Virus record (IMG/VR): IMGVR_UViG_3300010376_000083
Coordinates: 1-36,715 of that record
Reading direction: 5' to 3' (one strand)
Source of the DNA: a virus
Taxonomy: Duplodnaviria; Caudoviricetes
Length of the DNA: 36,715 nucleotides
Under the pieces are notes generated by a model. That model saw only the letters and a list, made by a program, of their open reading frames with translations, ran no database searches and had not been told where the DNA came from. Positions 17,394 to 26,379 of this stretch are shown here, one piece after another. Each line of letters starts with the position of its first letter. Positions within the stretch are counted from its first letter, which is position 1. The position numbers and the translations under genes were made by a program.

Positions 17394-17843
17394 TTAAGTG
17401 AGCGCGACGCCCTGCGGCGTACCGACCGTGAGCCACGCGCCGTTATCGGCGAGCAGCTCGATCGAGTTGCCGACCGCGGCCGTCCACGTCGCGATGTGTT
17501 TCGCGCCGTTGATCGAGTTCGCCGGCCCCGTCACCGTGTACGCGAAAGCATCCTCGGCGACGATCGCGAGTCGCATCCCGTCGTGACCTCCCGCGCCCGG
17601 CAGCCCGGCGATCGGCGCCGGCAGCGTCATCGCCGCGGCCGAGCCGGCCTTGAGGATCGCCGTGCCGTTTTGAATCGAGATCGCGCCGGCCGCCGTGTAC
17701 TTGGTACGGCCGAACACTTGCGCCTCGAGCGCGAGCAGCGCGGCCGTGATGAGATGGATCGCGCCGTTAGGGTTGTAATCGGGATCACCCGCGCCCGGCA
17801 GATTGAGGCCGAGCACTGGCGACTGTTGACTCGGTAGAGGCAT
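17394..17843 (-). CDS. Putative virion accessory/decoration protein
   Basis: Ala/Gly-rich beta-type sequence (AAAMTLPAP...GMRLAIV) inside the head-tail module, followed by a terminator. Confidence 0.6.
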   Translation of the reverse strand: MPLPSQQSPVLGLNLPGAGDPDYNPNGAIHLITAALLALEAQVFGRTKYTAAGAISIQNGTAILKAGSAAAMTLPAPIAGLPGAGGHDGMRLAIVAEDAFAYTVTGPANSINGAKHIATWTAAVGNSIELLADNGAWLTVGTPQGVALT

Positions 17844-17878
17844 CGAGAAAACTCACTTTCTAGGCGCCAGGCGCCCGG

Positions 17879-18244
17879 TTAAACATTGCCGTCGATCTCC
17901 TGGCAATAGAGCAGCAGCACGCGATTACGCTCTGCAACATTCTCGGCGTAAAGGATCGTAAAAACGCGCGAGCCAAAGAGTACGCGGAATCCGGCTTTGA
18001 TAACATCCGGCGTCCAACGCACAGTAACCACATGCGAAACATCCGAGACGAGCTGCGATGCGGCCGACGTCTCCCGGCCGCCGGCCGTCGCGATCGCGGC
18101 GCGCGCCGTGCGTACGGGATTCCAGATCGTCGGCACGACGCTTTGCCCGTACGAGTCGCCGGCCGTCGACGGCGACACGATCGTGACTTGATGCACGAGC
18201 TCGCCGGCGGCGATCGACGGATTGATAACGCTCGGCTTTAGCAT
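17879..18244 (-). CDS. Head closure/head-tail joining protein
   Basis: AGELVHQVTI, DSYGQ, HVVTVRW, RVLFGSRVFTI motifs; ATG 18244 overlaps the adaptor gene end. Confidence 0.85.
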   Translation of the reverse strand: MLKPSVINPSIAAGELVHQVTIVSPSTAGDSYGQSVVPTIWNPVRTARAAIATAGGRETSAASQLVSDVSHVVTVRWTPDVIKAGFRVLFGSRVFTILYAENVAERNRVLLLYCQEIDGNV

Positions 18245-19122
18245 GGCCGGTAATCCGTCCATTCGACGATCTCGGGCGAGAGAATCATCTGCGCGCCGAG
18301 CGGCAGCTCGGAAAGTTTGAGATCCGTCGTCGCCTCGGGATTGCGATAGAGATGCGCGGCGATCATCAAGAGCGCGGCCTGAATCATCTCCGGACACTTC
18401 GCGACGCAATAGGCGACCGTGTATGTCTTGCCGGCGTCGCCGGCCTGAAATGTGAGCACGCCGTTTGCCGGCGTCCAATCCGTGATGGGGTTGCCCTGCG
18501 CGTCGACGACCGAGTCGATCGCCGTCACGTTCGCGCCCTGCGCGCCGCCCTGCAAGAGCGCGTACGTGTAAGGCCCTGGCGCCGCCGGCACGGTAAACGT
18601 CTCGGAGATCTGCACGACGTACGACGCCGGCTCGTAATCGATCCATACCGAGCCCGGCAGATAGGACCCCTCGAAAGGCCAGACGAAACCATTGGCCGGC
18701 GTGATCCGGCAGGGCGTCGAGGTAAGGTCGACGGCATACTGCGAGGCCGGCAGCAACACGAGATTATTGTTCGTGTCGCGAAATTGGATCTGCACGATCC
18801 GGACCACGTCGCCGCCCGGCAGATCGATCGCGAGGCGATTCCACATCCCGCCGTACACCGGCCAATTCCAGCGATCGGCCGGCGTCGGCGAGAGATCGAA
18901 AGACGCGGCGAGCGGAAAGTTATCGAGCGTGCGCCGCCAAGTTTGATTAAAAAACGCGCGGCGCGTGATCTTCTCGGCGATCTGGCGCGCGGCCGGCACG
19001 TAGACCGCAAAGAGCGAGTCGTCGGCCGTGAAACCCGCGTCGAGTCGGCATTGCGCCTTGGCCTGCGCGACCGTGATCGGCTCGATCGCCGGCCCCGACA
19101 AAACTCTGACATTTAGCGGCAT
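18238..19122 (-). CDS. Head-tail connector/adaptor with inserted domain
   Basis: EPITVAQAKAQCRLD...AARQIAEKITRRAF N-terminus and PEMIQAALLMIAAHLYRNPE C-terminus. Confidence 0.85.
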   Translation of the reverse strand: MPLNVRVLSGPAIEPITVAQAKAQCRLDAGFTADDSLFAVYVPAARQIAEKITRRAFFNQTWRRTLDNFPLAASFDLSPTPADRWNWPVYGGMWNRLAIDLPGGDVVRIVQIQFRDTNNNLVLLPASQYAVDLTSTPCRITPANGFVWPFEGSYLPGSVWIDYEPASYVVQISETFTVPAAPGPYTYALLQGGAQGANVTAIDSVVDAQGNPITDWTPANGVLTFQAGDAGKTYTVAYCVAKCPEMIQAALLMIAAHLYRNPEATTDLKLSELPLGAQMILSPEIVEWTDYRPC

Positions 19123-19316
19123 TCTCGCTCCCGGTTATCGGTCGTTGTGGCGCGCGGCCTGCGCACGGCGAGCTCGGGCGCGCGCTCGATCGGCGCGACC
19201 ATGCCCGCGGCGATCTGCTTAGAGAGCCGGCGCGCAGTCGTCTCGATCACGTCGCCAGGCACGACGACACGATCGGCGCCTTTCACGCGAAAGTAAGACA
19301 CGGCAATAAATTGCAT
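19113..19316 (-). CDS. Small protein downstream of the capsid gene
   Basis: GDVIE...A..L...G pattern common in the ORF following major capsid genes; overlaps the adaptor start. Confidence 0.65.
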   Translation of the reverse strand: MQFIAVSYFRVKGADRVVVPGDVIETTARRLSKQIAAGMVAPIERAPELAVRRPRATTTDNRERECR

Positions 19317-19374
19317 TGGAGATCTCGAGAGAAAAGAGAGCCGCGCCGCCGAGAGAGCGCCGCGGCCCGGTTGA

Positions 19375-20640
19375 TTAAACGTGAGTCTTGAGGCCGACGA
19401 TCGGGTGCGTACCGGCGTCGGTAACGTTGCCGCCGATACGCGTATAGGCGATAAATCCGACCATGAGCTGATCGGCGTAACGCTCGTCGAGCCGCTGGAT
19501 GGTCATTTCGCCGTCATCGCGCAAGAGATAGCCTTCCTCGAAATCGCCGAACAAAATGCCCAAGACGTTCGAGGCGTTGGCCGCCGGCAGATACGGCGTG
19601 AGCACGATCGGGTAACCGATGATCTCGTCAAGCATGCCGGTCTGCGGATTCGGAAGGAACAACGGCCGGTTGAGCGTGTCGAGCAGGCCCATCACATAAT
19701 TGCGTGTAGCCTTCGACATTGCCCACTTGGCGTTTGGCTCGTATGCGATATCGAGCAGAGCCTCGCACGCGACGAAATCGGGATAGCCGACCGCAGACGC
19801 GACGGCCGACGTCGAGAAGGACGTCGCCGCGGCAGTGATCGCCTGAATGTTGCCGGCGTCGCCGTTGGCGATAAAGTTCTCGATGCCGCGCTGATACCGC
19901 TTGCCCAGGCGATCACGGAACAGAGCCTGCAGATCGAAAGCAGAATCGGCGAGCTCTTGTTTCGAGACCTTGATGAGGGTCGCCAGGGTGTCGGTCGACG
20001 AAACAAATCCGCTCAGAGTCGGATCGGCCTCGGTGACCGTGGTGTTTTCCGCAACCACTACGATCGTGTTGGCCGTATCGTTCTCCAGGCCGATTTTCAT
20101 CGGCGCGCCGTTGCCGGCCGTAGTCTTGCGCCTGACGTTCTGCAAGAACGCGCCGGCGTACTTCTTAGCGCCGACGAGCTCGTTGTAAAACTGCTGCGGC
20201 ACGATGAAATTGCCGGTACCGGCGATAGTGAGATCGCGCTTTTCCCCGTTGATGTTGACGACATTTTTGCCGAGGGTGCGTTGCCCGCGGCTGAGCAGGG
20301 TGCGCTCGCTGTCGCGTAGAGCGAGCATCCCGCCGCGCATGTAGACCTCGAATGCGCTGCGATACTGGCGATCCTGCTCCTCGTCGCTGCGCTGATCGTC
20401 GTCGATCTCGCCGTTGCCGGCGCCCGGTTGCGGCCGGCTGCCCGGCACGATCTGCGAGTTGCGATCGCTGCGCTCCAAGAGCGCGAGCTGCTCGGTAATG
20501 CCGTCGGCCTCATCCATCATGGCCGCGGCCTTGGTATTCGCCTCGGCGCGCTGCGCCGGCGTGAGGTTTGGTTGAGTCAGCAGCCGATGAGCCTCGGTGC
20601 CCAATTGGCCGCGCTTCAGTTGCAGTTCTGCTTTTGTCAT
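19375..20640 (-). CDS. Major capsid protein, HK97 fold
   Basis: N-terminal coiled-coil delta domain; GNFIVP, KVSKQELADS, ILFGDF, ERYAD...VGF motifs. Confidence 0.95.
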   Translation of the reverse strand: MTKAELQLKRGQLGTEAHRLLTQPNLTPAQRAEANTKAAAMMDEADGITEQLALLERSDRNSQIVPGSRPQPGAGNGEIDDDQRSDEEQDRQYRSAFEVYMRGGMLALRDSERTLLSRGQRTLGKNVVNINGEKRDLTIAGTGNFIVPQQFYNELVGAKKYAGAFLQNVRRKTTAGNGAPMKIGLENDTANTIVVVAENTTVTEADPTLSGFVSSTDTLATLIKVSKQELADSAFDLQALFRDRLGKRYQRGIENFIANGDAGNIQAITAAATSFSTSAVASAVGYPDFVACEALLDIAYEPNAKWAMSKATRNYVMGLLDTLNRPLFLPNPQTGMLDEIIGYPIVLTPYLPAANASNVLGILFGDFEEGYLLRDDGEMTIQRLDERYADQLMVGFIAYTRIGGNVTDAGTHPIVGLKTHV

Positions 20641-20781
20641 TTGATCCCTTTCCTGAGATCCGGTTTCGACTGCGTTGCGGGTTTGCGTGCCAGGCGCGCG
20701 GCCTCGAGCACGATAGACAACACGACGACGCCCGCCATTGAAGGCAGCAGCGCAGAGCTGCAGCTCGTCAGAACTTTGGAA

Positions 20782-21840
20782 TTAGGCGCCGGCGATAATA
20801 TGCGCTCGAGCGCGCAGCCGGAGCGATCGACCCTGCGCATTAGGGCACATGCAGCCCTGACAGTCGCAATCCTCGTGCGAGCAGTTTTCGCAATCGCCAT
20901 CGTTATTACAGGGATCGCAGGGACACTCACACATACCATCGCCATCGCCGGCCATCGAGATCGTGCGTGCGCTGCGCGGCTGCTCTTTTTCGGCAACGTC
21001 GATCCCATAGTGATCGCAGAGCATGAGCAATTTTTTCCAGGCCTTCGCGAGCAGCTCGTCGCTGAATCCCTCGACCTGATTGAAACGCGCCAGGGCGTCG
21101 CGCAAGTGCTCTTTGGTTTTCTCGGCCGTCGAAAACTTCCACGGGAGAGCCCAGGTCGCGGTTTTATCGGGATCGCCGACGAGCAAGAAACAATCCTTAG
21201 TTAGATCCTCGCCGTCGACTTTCTTGGTCGTCTCGCTCGAGGCCCTGGCCGCGGCCGGCCGCGCGGCGAGCTGCTCGAGCTCGGCCAGCTTTTCGGCCGG
21301 AAGATGCGAGCGAACCTCGGCCGGCAGGCCCTCCGGCCACATCGATCGAATGCCGACGCTCGTCTCGGTATACGCGGGATAGGTCACCGGCCCCACGTCG
21401 TACAGATCGAGATCCTCGATCGTGCGCACCGTGCGCACGTACCGTCCGGCGCCGTCAAACTCATCGGACCAATTATCCTTGCGCACCACAAAGGCGAAAC
21501 TGCAGCCATCGAGATCGCCGCGCTCGATCATGCGCACCACATCGCGACCGACGCTCGTCTCGGGATCGGTGTCGCAATCGTACTGCAGGCCGTCGCTCGA
21601 GTCGGCCAGCGAAAGGGTGCGATTCTTCGTGCGCCCGAGTAGATTGTCGGGGTTGTGGTTGAATAGGCAGCGCACATCCTGCTTTTCCTCGAGCGCGCGC
21701 GTAAACGCGCCTGGCGCGATCTTCTCGGAGAAATAGCCGAGATCGTATTCGGGACCATACACCGCGGCGACGCCGGAAATGCCCGGCTTGTCGCCAGTTT
21801 TTGCGCGCACCTGGCCGCCCTTGATAAACCGACGTTCCAT
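20782..21840 (-). CDS. HK97-family prohead protease with C-terminal extensions
   Basis: GVAAVY, EKIAPGAF, LFNHN, GCSFAF, DVGPVTYPAY motifs; extra HLRDALARFNQ domain and Cys-rich tail. Confidence 0.92.
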   Translation of the reverse strand: MERRFIKGGQVRAKTGDKPGISGVAAVYGPEYDLGYFSEKIAPGAFTRALEEKQDVRCLFNHNPDNLLGRTKNRTLSLADSSDGLQYDCDTDPETSVGRDVVRMIERGDLDGCSFAFVVRKDNWSDEFDGAGRYVRTVRTIEDLDLYDVGPVTYPAYTETSVGIRSMWPEGLPAEVRSHLPAEKLAELEQLAARPAAARASSETTKKVDGEDLTKDCFLLVGDPDKTATWALPWKFSTAEKTKEHLRDALARFNQVEGFSDELLAKAWKKLLMLCDHYGIDVAEKEQPRSARTISMAGDGDGMCECPCDPCNNDGDCENCSHEDCDCQGCMCPNAQGRSLRLRARAHIIAGA

Positions 21841-21846
21841 ATCTCG

Positions 21847-23508
21847 TCAAACCTCCTGGCCGACTTGCGCCTCGGCCGTGATCGCCGCGCTCTCGCGCGC
21901 CGTGTTGATGTGAACGGCGCGCACTACACGCCGAAATTCGTCGCGGCATAACTGCTCCGAGACGCCGATCGTCGCCAGGCCGGCACGGCGCATACGACGC
22001 ACGACCCCGTCGATCGCGTCGCCGGCGATACGCTCCTGCGCCCCATCCGGCCAGAATGTAAACGCGTGCTCCCGCGCCGCCTCGTCAGCGATCCCGCGGA
22101 TCGCCGGCGCGAGGCCCTGGCGCAATTGCTCGAGATCCCCGCCGGCCAGGCGAAAGGCCTGCACAAACCCGCGCGCGTGATTCTGCGCGTAACGTCCGAG
22201 CATGCTGCGTTCGGCGTCCGTGCCCTCGGTCTCGCCCTCGCCGAGCTGCTTCGACTTGGCCGGCTGTGGCGCCGGCGTCGACTCCACGGCGCGCGCATCG
22301 AGCATATTGAGCGGCGAAAGGAAGATATCGCCCTCGGCGCCGATCGGCTGCATGCCCATATCGCGGCGTACGTCGTTTGCCGAGAGCCATCCCCATTGGC
22401 GGCCGAGCGCGTAACCCTCTTGCATGGTCGTAAAATCGCCGCGCAGACGCTCGGAAACGTCGAAGCGAATCGCCAGGCGATAGGCTTTCGAGCCGGCCGT
22501 CGGAAGCAACTTGCGCGTGAGCTCTTTTTCGGCGCGATTGAGATACGGCCGCAAAGTATCGGTCACGAAAGAGAGCTGCTGCTGCTCGTGATTGTTATTC
22601 GACAATCGCGACGTGTCGCCGACCTTGTGCGGAGGCATGTTAAAGAGCGCGGCGATCTGGGTGCGGGTAAACTGCTGCGTGCCGATAAACTGCGAATCTT
22701 CGGGCGTGATCCCGATCGCCTGCCACTTCCACGGCGCCGTCATTACCGCGACGCGGCGCGCATTGTCGCCGCCGTAATTGCGCTCCCAAGATTCCTTGAG
22801 ATTCGCTTTCTGCTTGTCGTCGACGATGTTGCCCGGCTCGGGTGAAAGGATGCCGCCAGGATACGCGCCGTTACCAAAAAACCGGGCGCCGAATTTTTCC
22901 GTGGCCCGCGCCAGGCCGAGCATTTGCCGCGCCTGCGCGATCGGATTCAAACCCATCAAACCATCGAAGCAAAAGAGCGGATTAAAGAGCATATCGTCGC
23001 TCTGAATCACGCGCTCGCGGTTGTCGACCTTGGTCACAAACTCGAGCTTTCCGCTCGACTCATTGCGCCGCGGCCGTGTCGAGTGCGAGGAGAGCGGATA
23101 GACGCCGGCCGCGCGGCCGTAGTTGTCGCGCAATATCTCGGCGTATGCGTTGCCCGCGGCTGCCATATTGCCAAAATAGGATTCCCAAAACGTCGCGCCG
23201 TTCATTTCGTCGTTAGGCGCGTTGTTAAGCGTCCAAGCCAAATCGTGATCGACGCGCTCGCGCGAGCCGTCGTCGCGGATCTCCTCGACCACGAGCGGCA
23301 GCGCGCAGCCCTCCGCGATCCCGCGTACGCACGCGTAAACCGTGGTGATCTGCATCGCGCTCGCGACGTTGATAATCTCGCCCGAGGCCGTCGGCTCGCC
23401 CGTGCCCAGCCAGGCGAGAAACGAGGCGAGCGAGAGCGGCACAGATGGATTTTCGATCGATGCGCGCAGATTCGTGAACGCGCGCCCGACTCTTTGCAAA
23501 ATTCCCAT
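21847..23508 (-). CDS. Portal protein, HK97 family
   Basis: VYACV, GNAYA, GLNPI, FFGNGAYPGG, IAALFNMPPHKVG, GWLSANDVR motifs. Confidence 0.95.
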   Translation of the reverse strand: MGILQRVGRAFTNLRASIENPSVPLSLASFLAWLGTGEPTASGEIINVASAMQITTVYACVRGIAEGCALPLVVEEIRDDGSRERVDHDLAWTLNNAPNDEMNGATFWESYFGNMAAAGNAYAEILRDNYGRAAGVYPLSSHSTRPRRNESSGKLEFVTKVDNRERVIQSDDMLFNPLFCFDGLMGLNPIAQARQMLGLARATEKFGARFFGNGAYPGGILSPEPGNIVDDKQKANLKESWERNYGGDNARRVAVMTAPWKWQAIGITPEDSQFIGTQQFTRTQIAALFNMPPHKVGDTSRLSNNNHEQQQLSFVTDTLRPYLNRAEKELTRKLLPTAGSKAYRLAIRFDVSERLRGDFTTMQEGYALGRQWGWLSANDVRRDMGMQPIGAEGDIFLSPLNMLDARAVESTPAPQPAKSKQLGEGETEGTDAERSMLGRYAQNHARGFVQAFRLAGGDLEQLRQGLAPAIRGIADEAAREHAFTFWPDGAQERIAGDAIDGVVRRMRRAGLATIGVSEQLCRDEFRRVVRAVHINTARESAAITAEAQVGQEV

Positions 23509-23521
23509 GCGAGCCCCTTAT

Positions 23522-25330
23522 TTAAAGGAAAAAAACCTCGTTGGTCGTTGCTGCCGGCGCGCCGATCATGGCGCGATTGATGGCATTGAATAGCGCCGAG
23601 GCCGGATCGATCTTAGAAATCCCGTTGGCCTCTTTGCGCGGAAAAATGTTTTCGTTCGCGTCCTCTTTGACCATGACGTTAGCCATCGCCCAGGCCAATA
23701 CAGGGTTGCCGTCGTGGTGCAGCCGGCCGCCGAGTACCGCGGCCTCGACCTCTTTCATCGCCGGCGAGAGATACTGCACCGTCTGCGGGATCGAGATCAC
23801 CGTGCCCTCGGCCGTTTTCTTCTCGAGATCCTGTTGCATCTGCAGCGCAGACCATGGATCAAAGGCCAGGCATTTGAACTTGAATCGACCGAGATCCGCC
23901 TCGATCTCGCGCTGAATGAGCGGCAATTGGATCTCCGGCCCCTCGTGCGAGATCAACCATCCCTCATGCACCCATTTTTCGTAGTGCACGTGCTTGCCAT
24001 CCTGCGCACGATCGCGCGGCACGTAGTTACGCGAAAAAACGTAATAGTGCCGCGCGCCGTGGTGCTCCCGCGTAAATACTTTGCAGCGTGAGGCGAGATC
24101 GATTTTCGCGGCGAGATCCTCGCCCTCGTAACAATCTTCGCCGGCGAAATCCTCTATGCGCATCGAGGCGTCGCCGCACTTGCGCCACTTCTCGAGATTC
24201 ATCCACGCCGAGCGCGCCCCGACCCAAATATTGAGGTGTTTCGTCTTAAAAGTGTTCTGACGATGCGGCGTCGCGATCGCCTCGGCCTGCGCGGCCTTGA
24301 GCGCCTCGGCCGAAACCGAGACACCGAACAAGGGATTCGCCTTTTTGAGCGCGATCTCGCTCTGCCAGTCGTCGGCCTCGACGAGCTCGCCATTCCATTC
24401 GTACGGCTCGTCGTCGATCCCATAGATCGCGACGAAAAATCGCTCATTCTCGAGCAGGCCCTCGAGGATCTGCTTTGCCTCGAGCTCGAGCATGTAACAC
24501 GGCCCGTCGATCAGCGAGCCGGCCGTCGTGATGATCAGCGAGAGCGGCTGCTCGCGCGCCACCATGCCCGTCTCTTGCGTCTCGAGCAGCTCGGGCGTTA
24601 AATGCTCGTGATACTCGTCGGTAATCGAGCAGCTCGGCATCGCGCCGTCGCCCGGCTTGCCGATCACCGGCTCGAATCGCGAAAAATCCTCTTCGATGAC
24701 GAGCGTTTTCGCGTTGACCGTAACCCCGAAATACTGCTGCAGCTCGGGCGTCTTGAGCGCCATCAAACGCGCCGGCCGAAATACTTCCCAGGCCTGATCC
24801 TGCGTCGTCGCGCCGCAGTAGACCTCGGCGCCCGGCTCGCCGTCGGCCGCCAACATGAAAAGCCCGATCGCCGCGGCGAGCGGCGACTTTCCGTTTTTGC
24901 GCGCCTTTTTCAAGTACGCGCGGCGAAACCGGCGCAGGCCGGTCACCTTGTCGACCCAACCAAATAGCGAGGCGACCTCGAAAATCTGCGACGGCTCGAG
25001 GATCATGCGCTGCGCCTGGCCGTGCTCGGCGCGCGCCCATTTGCCCTTGACGTGCGGCAATAGCTCGATAAACCGGCACGTCGTCGCCGCCTTTTTGGCG
25101 TCGAACTTAAACGGAAAATCCGGATTGCGCTCCCGCGCCAGATCGTCGAGATGCCGTTTACAGCCGAGCCGCTGCCACTTCGCCGCCGGTATCTTGCCGG
25201 CGACTACATCGCGCGCGTATTGGTGCCCGATCGCGCCGTAATTGCGCCGGCCAGGATCACGCCCGCTTGCGCCGCTGCCCCGCGAGCTCTGCCCAGGCGC
25301 CCGCGGCCTCTTCTGTTTTCTTTCCGCCAC
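23522..25330 (-). CDS. terL: Terminase large subunit
   Basis: Walker A ARKNGKS, Walker B ITDEYH, ITTAG, DLA and KIDPASA nuclease motifs. Confidence 0.97.
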   Translation of the reverse strand: MAERKQKRPRAPGQSSRGSGASGRDPGRRNYGAIGHQYARDVVAGKIPAAKWQRLGCKRHLDDLARERNPDFPFKFDAKKAATTCRFIELLPHVKGKWARAEHGQAQRMILEPSQIFEVASLFGWVDKVTGLRRFRRAYLKKARKNGKSPLAAAIGLFMLAADGEPGAEVYCGATTQDQAWEVFRPARLMALKTPELQQYFGVTVNAKTLVIEEDFSRFEPVIGKPGDGAMPSCSITDEYHEHLTPELLETQETGMVAREQPLSLIITTAGSLIDGPCYMLELEAKQILEGLLENERFFVAIYGIDDEPYEWNGELVEADDWQSEIALKKANPLFGVSVSAEALKAAQAEAIATPHRQNTFKTKHLNIWVGARSAWMNLEKWRKCGDASMRIEDFAGEDCYEGEDLAAKIDLASRCKVFTREHHGARHYYVFSRNYVPRDRAQDGKHVHYEKWVHEGWLISHEGPEIQLPLIQREIEADLGRFKFKCLAFDPWSALQMQQDLEKKTAEGTVISIPQTVQYLSPAMKEVEAAVLGGRLHHDGNPVLAWAMANVMVKEDANENIFPRKEANGISKIDPASALFNAINRAMIGAPAATTNEVFFL

Positions 25331-25709
25331 TAACCTTGCTCCGATCGGCCGGCGTCATGCCAAACTGCCCGAGCATCTTATTCAACGTGTTGTAATCGCC
25401 GCTCGTCGCCTTGCCGTATCCGGCCTCGGCGCGATCGATCTTGTATTTCAGCGTGCAGGCCTTTTCGACGGCCCATCGATCCGACGAGGTGAGCACCCCA
25501 AAGGCCGCCTGCGCGACGATCTCGCGCCAGTTCTTGAGGTACTCGACGAATCGCTGATTATTCGCCGCGCCCTCTACCCAGGCCGCCGGAGGATCGCCGA
25601 GCGGCCCCTCGGGTACCGGCTCGTTTTCGCGATCGCGCGCCCTGGCCGGATTCTTCGCAAAGGCCCCCGATGCGATCAGCAGAGCGGTCGGTTTTCTACG
25701 TGCTGGCAT
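25257..25709 (-). CDS. terS: Terminase small subunit (P27-like)
   Basis: RKPTAL...G..NP N-terminus and FGMTPADRSK C-terminus; directly upstream of terL, overlapping it by 74 bp. Confidence 0.85.
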   Translation of the reverse strand: MPARRKPTALLIASGAFAKNPARARDRENEPVPEGPLGDPPAAWVEGAANNQRFVEYLKNWREIVAQAAFGVLTSSDRWAVEKACTLKYKIDRAEAGYGKATSGDYNTLNKMLGQFGMTPADRSKVSGGKKTEEAAGAWAELAGQRRKRA

Positions 25710-25716
25710 CGCGCCT

Positions 25717-25740
25717 CACATTTGCCCCAGGAGATCGCCG
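25717..25740 (-). promoter_or_regulatory. Conserved 24-bp element, copy 2
   Basis: CACATTTGCCCCAGGAGATCGCCG, 22/24 match to 4295-4318; 7 bp upstream of the terS ATG. Confidence 0.55.
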
Positions 25741-25859
25741 GCCGACGCGCGTCGACCCTCGAGGCACGCGATCGCGCCTGCGCGCCTCGCCGTGCCATGC
25801 GTGCCCACTCCTGCCGGCCATTGAGCCGGCGTTATTTTCAGCCATCCAAGGCCAAAAAC

Positions 25860-25945
25860 TTTGATTTGTGGATATAAAAATTAAGCTGTTGGCCGGTCTA
25901 GCGCCATCAAGGTCGGAGAGATTTAGACCCCCCTACCCCCATCCG
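25860..25945 (-). other. Probable cos (packaging) region
   Basis: Between HNH and terS; minus strand GGGGTAGGGGGTCTAAATCTCT...AGACCGGCCAACAG-CTTAATTTTTATATCCACAAA resembles the cos-region layout of HK97-like phages; exact cut site unknown. Confidence 0.6.
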
Positions 25946-25947
25946 AT

Positions 25948-26379
25948 TTAACCGAGACCGAGAGCGAAGTAAGCCTCGCATCCGAGCAGCAATACGACGA
26001 GTGCGAATGCAGCGATTTGAACGTTTCGGCCAAAGGCGCCGTCATGCTTGGCCGTCTTGAACGAGTGGCAGCTCTTGCACAAACCCTGCCAGTTACGCGA
26101 ATCCCAAAACAGAACGCGATCGCCGCGATGCGGCGTGATGTGATCCACCTCGACGGCCGAGCGGATCTCGCCGATGTGCCGGCGATCCGGATCGACGCAG
26201 ATCGGATGCGCTGCCAGAAATCCGACGCGTGCCTTTTGCCAGGCCGCGCCGTAACCACGCGCCGCCGAGCTCCCGCGCCGCTGCTCGGCGATCGTTGCCG
26301 GCGCCGCGCTCTTGCACGCATCACAGTAACCACGCGCGACGAGCGTCGCTTGGCATCGCTTACACGGCACGAGCGCCAT
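25948..26379 (-). CDS. Terminase-associated HNH endonuclease (HK97 gp74-like) with hydrophobic tail
   Basis: RGY...W, VDHITPHRGD..LFWD..NWQGLCKSCHSFKT; TAATG overlap with the upstream gene. Confidence 0.92.
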   Translation of the reverse strand: MALVPCKRCQATLVARGYCDACKSAAPATIAEQRRGSSAARGYGAAWQKARVGFLAAHPICVDPDRRHIGEIRSAVEVDHITPHRGDRVLFWDSRNWQGLCKSCHSFKTAKHDGAFGRNVQIAAFALVVLLLGCEAYFALGLG

